From: Squalus acanthias
Lineage: Eukaryota
DNA: 64,000 nucleotides
NCBI GenBank assembly: GCA_030390025.1
Contig: JASTWF010000349.1
Coordinates: forward strand, 62,001 to 126,000
Reading direction: 5' to 3'
Both the position numbers and the translations under genes were made by a program. Shown in pieces: positions 61,413 to 64,000 of the stretch. Numbering within the stretch: the stretch's first letter is position 1; the number at the start of each line of letters is the position of its first letter. The notes below the pieces were generated by a model, which searched no databases, was not told where the DNA came from, and saw nothing but the letters and a program-made list of their open reading frames with translations.

Positions 61413-61780
61413 CCACTCGTGTCCTTTGCAGCGCCCCAGGCCTTGCGACGGGAGTAAAATGTGGCTCTGCCTGTCCAGGAGAATCAGACAGTGCAGCCTT
61501 CATGGCTGAAAGTGCCCTCTGTCCTCGAATGGGCCGATGACAATCTAGGAGAAATGGAAAGATCCACCCCTGTGGCTTCTCCACCGGCCTGTGATTCTTC
61601 CACCTGTCGGGTGAGATGACTGGGTGTGCCGACTGCTTGCCCGTCTACGTCAAACTAAGGCCAATACGGTCAGCTTGTAGTGAAGGCACCAATGAACCAG
61701 TTGGACTGCACCCTGATAGGGACCATGTGTAAAGACCAGTCCTACCTGCCATTATTACGGGCCACTCTCTTGTCCATACT

Positions 61781-64000
61781 GTGGAGGAGGAATTCCTGGA
61801 GTGTATACGGGATGGTTTCCTGGACCAATATGTCGAGGAACCAACGAGAGATCAGGCCATCTTAGACTGGGTATTATGTAATGAGAAAGGATTAATTAGC
61901 AATCTTGTTGTGCGAGGCCCCTTGGGGAGGAGCGATCATAATATGATAGAATTCTTCATTAAGATGGAGAGTGAAGTAGTTGACTCAGAGACTAAGGTCC
62001 TGAATTTAAATAAAGGAAACTATGATGGTATGAGGCGCGTATTGGCTATGATGGATTGGGGAACGTTACTTAAAGGGTTGACGGTGGATAGGCAATGGCA
62101 AACATTTAAAGATCGCATGGATGAACTACAGAATTTCTTCATCCCTGTTTGGCATAAAAATAAAACAAAAAAGGTGACTCAACCGTGGCTAACAATGGAA
62201 ATTAGGGATAGCATAAGATCCAAGGAGAGGACATATAAATTGGCCAGAAAAAGCAGCAAACCTGAGGATTGGGAGCAGTTTAGGATTCAGCAAAGGAGGA
62301 CAAAGGGATTAATTAAGAGGGGGAAAATAGAGTGTGAGAGTAAGCTTTCAGGGAACATAAAAACTGACTGTAAAAGCTTCCATAGATATGTGAAGAGAAA
62401 AAGATTGGTGAAGTCAAGCGTAGGTCTCTTGCAGTCAGAATCAGGGGAATTTATAATGGGGTACAAAGAAATGGCTGACCAATTAAATACATACTTTGGT
62501 TCTGTCTTCACAAAGGAGGACATAAATAACCTCCCAGAGATGTCGGGGAACATAGGGTCTAATGAGAGAGAAGTACTGAATGAAATCAGTATTTGTAGGG
62601 AAATGGTGTTCGGGAAATTGACGGGATTGAAGGCCGATAAATCCCCAGGGCCTGATAATCTACATCCTAGGGTACTTAAGGAAGTGGCCCTAGAAATAGT
62701 AGATGCATTGCTGGTCATCTTCCAAAATTCTTTAGTCTCTGGAACAGTTCCCATGGATTGGAGGGTAGCTAATGTAACCCCACTATTTAAAAAAGGTGGG
62801 AGAGAGAAAACAGGGAATTTTCGACTGGTAAGCCTGACATCGGTAGTGGGGAAAATGCTAGAGTCCATTATAAAAGATGTAATAGCAGAGCACTTGGAAA
62901 ACAGTGACAGGATCGGACAAAGTCAACATGGATTTACAAAAGGTAAATCATGCTTGACTAATCTACTGGAATTTTTTTGAGGATGTAACTGGTAGAATAG
63001 ATAAGGGAGAAACAGTGGATGTGGTGTATTTGGACTTTCAGAAGGCTTTCGATAAGGTCCCGCATAAGAGATTAGCATGCAAAGTTAAAGCACATGGGAT
63101 TGGGGGTAAGGTACTGACTTGGATAGAGAACTGATTGGCAGACAGGAAGCAAAGAGTTGGAATAAACGGGTCTTTTTCCGAGTGGCAGGCAGTGACTAGT
63201 GGGGTACCACAGGGATCGGTGCTAGGACCCCAGTTATTTACAATATATATTAATGATCTAGACGAGGGAAGTAGATGTAATATCTCCAAGTTTGCAGACG
63301 ACACAAAGCTGGGTGGGCGTGTGTGTTGTGAGGAGGATGCAGAGAAACTCCAGTATGATTTGGACAAGTTGGATGATTGGGCAGATGCATGACAGATGCA
63401 GTATAATGTGGATAAATGTGAGGTTATCCACTTTGGTGGCAAAAACAGGAAGGCAGATTATTATCTGAACGGCAATAGATTGGGAAAAGGGGAAGTGCAA
63501 CGAGACCTGGGTGTCCTTGTGCACCAGTCGTTGAAGGTAAGCATGCAGGTGCAGCAGGCGGTTAAGAAGGCAAATGGTATGTTGGCCTTCATAGCGAGAG
63601 GATTCGAGTGCAGGAGCAAGGATGTCTTGCTGCAGTTGTACAGGGCCTTGGTGAGACCACACCTTGAGTACTGTGTGCAGTTTTGGTCGCCTTATCTGAG
63701 GAAGGATGTTCTTGCCATGGAGGAAGTGCAGCGAAGATTTACGAGACTGATACCTGGGATGGCAGGAATGACGTATGAAGAGAGATTGGGTCAATTGAGC
63801 TTGTATTCGCTAGAGTTTAGAAGAATGAGAGGGGATCTCATTGAAACTTATAAAATTCTAACAGGACTAGACAGACTAGATGCAGGAAGGATGTTCCCGA
63901 TGGCGGGGGAGTCCAGAACCAGAGGTCACAGTCTAAGGGTAAGGGGTAAGCCATTTAGGACTGAGATGAGAAGGAATTTCTTCACCCAGAGAGTGGTGAA
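61781..64000 (+). mobile_element. 5'-truncated CR1 LINE ORF2 (end of endonuclease, RT, C-terminus), pseudogenised, continuing past the window edge
   Basis: [55 protein letters not shown]; frameshift in the T-run at ~62972-62978 and TGA stops at ~63132 and ~63390. Confidence 0.95.

Noticed and set aside
62287..63794. Minus-strand ORFs of 134-193 aa
   Set aside because: Antisense shadows of CR1 ORF2 with no independent evidence.

Overview
Eukaryotic, repeat-dominated window, most likely from a cartilaginous fish (shark-type CR1 LINEs, Deu-domain SINEs and Penelope; inferred from recalled family similarity, not a search). The only host gene supported is the last three exons of a transmembrane histidine acid phosphatase (ACP2/lysosomal acid phosphatase-like, + strand: 9986-10089, 13824-13999, 15613-15764). 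Its upstream intron holds a palindromic, CpG-rich 24-bp satellite of at least 9.9 kb. Downstream is a Penelope-like insertion (17493-18826) with ~590-bp inverted arms, a 12-bp TSD and two minimal hammerhead ribozymes. A ~40-kb 33-bp satellite (20969-61315) appears to have expanded from a hairpin inside one SINE copy, whose tail and head still bracket the array; a 200-N gap lies inside it. A young Ty3/Gypsy (Mag-like Gag) LTR retrotransposon (27326-31803) is inserted in that satellite. It has no tRNA-type PBS but an 11-nt self-complementary PBS, a YLDN RT motif and an in-frame gag-TAG-pol junction. Almost all long ORFs in the supplied track are artefacts of stop-free tandem repeats.
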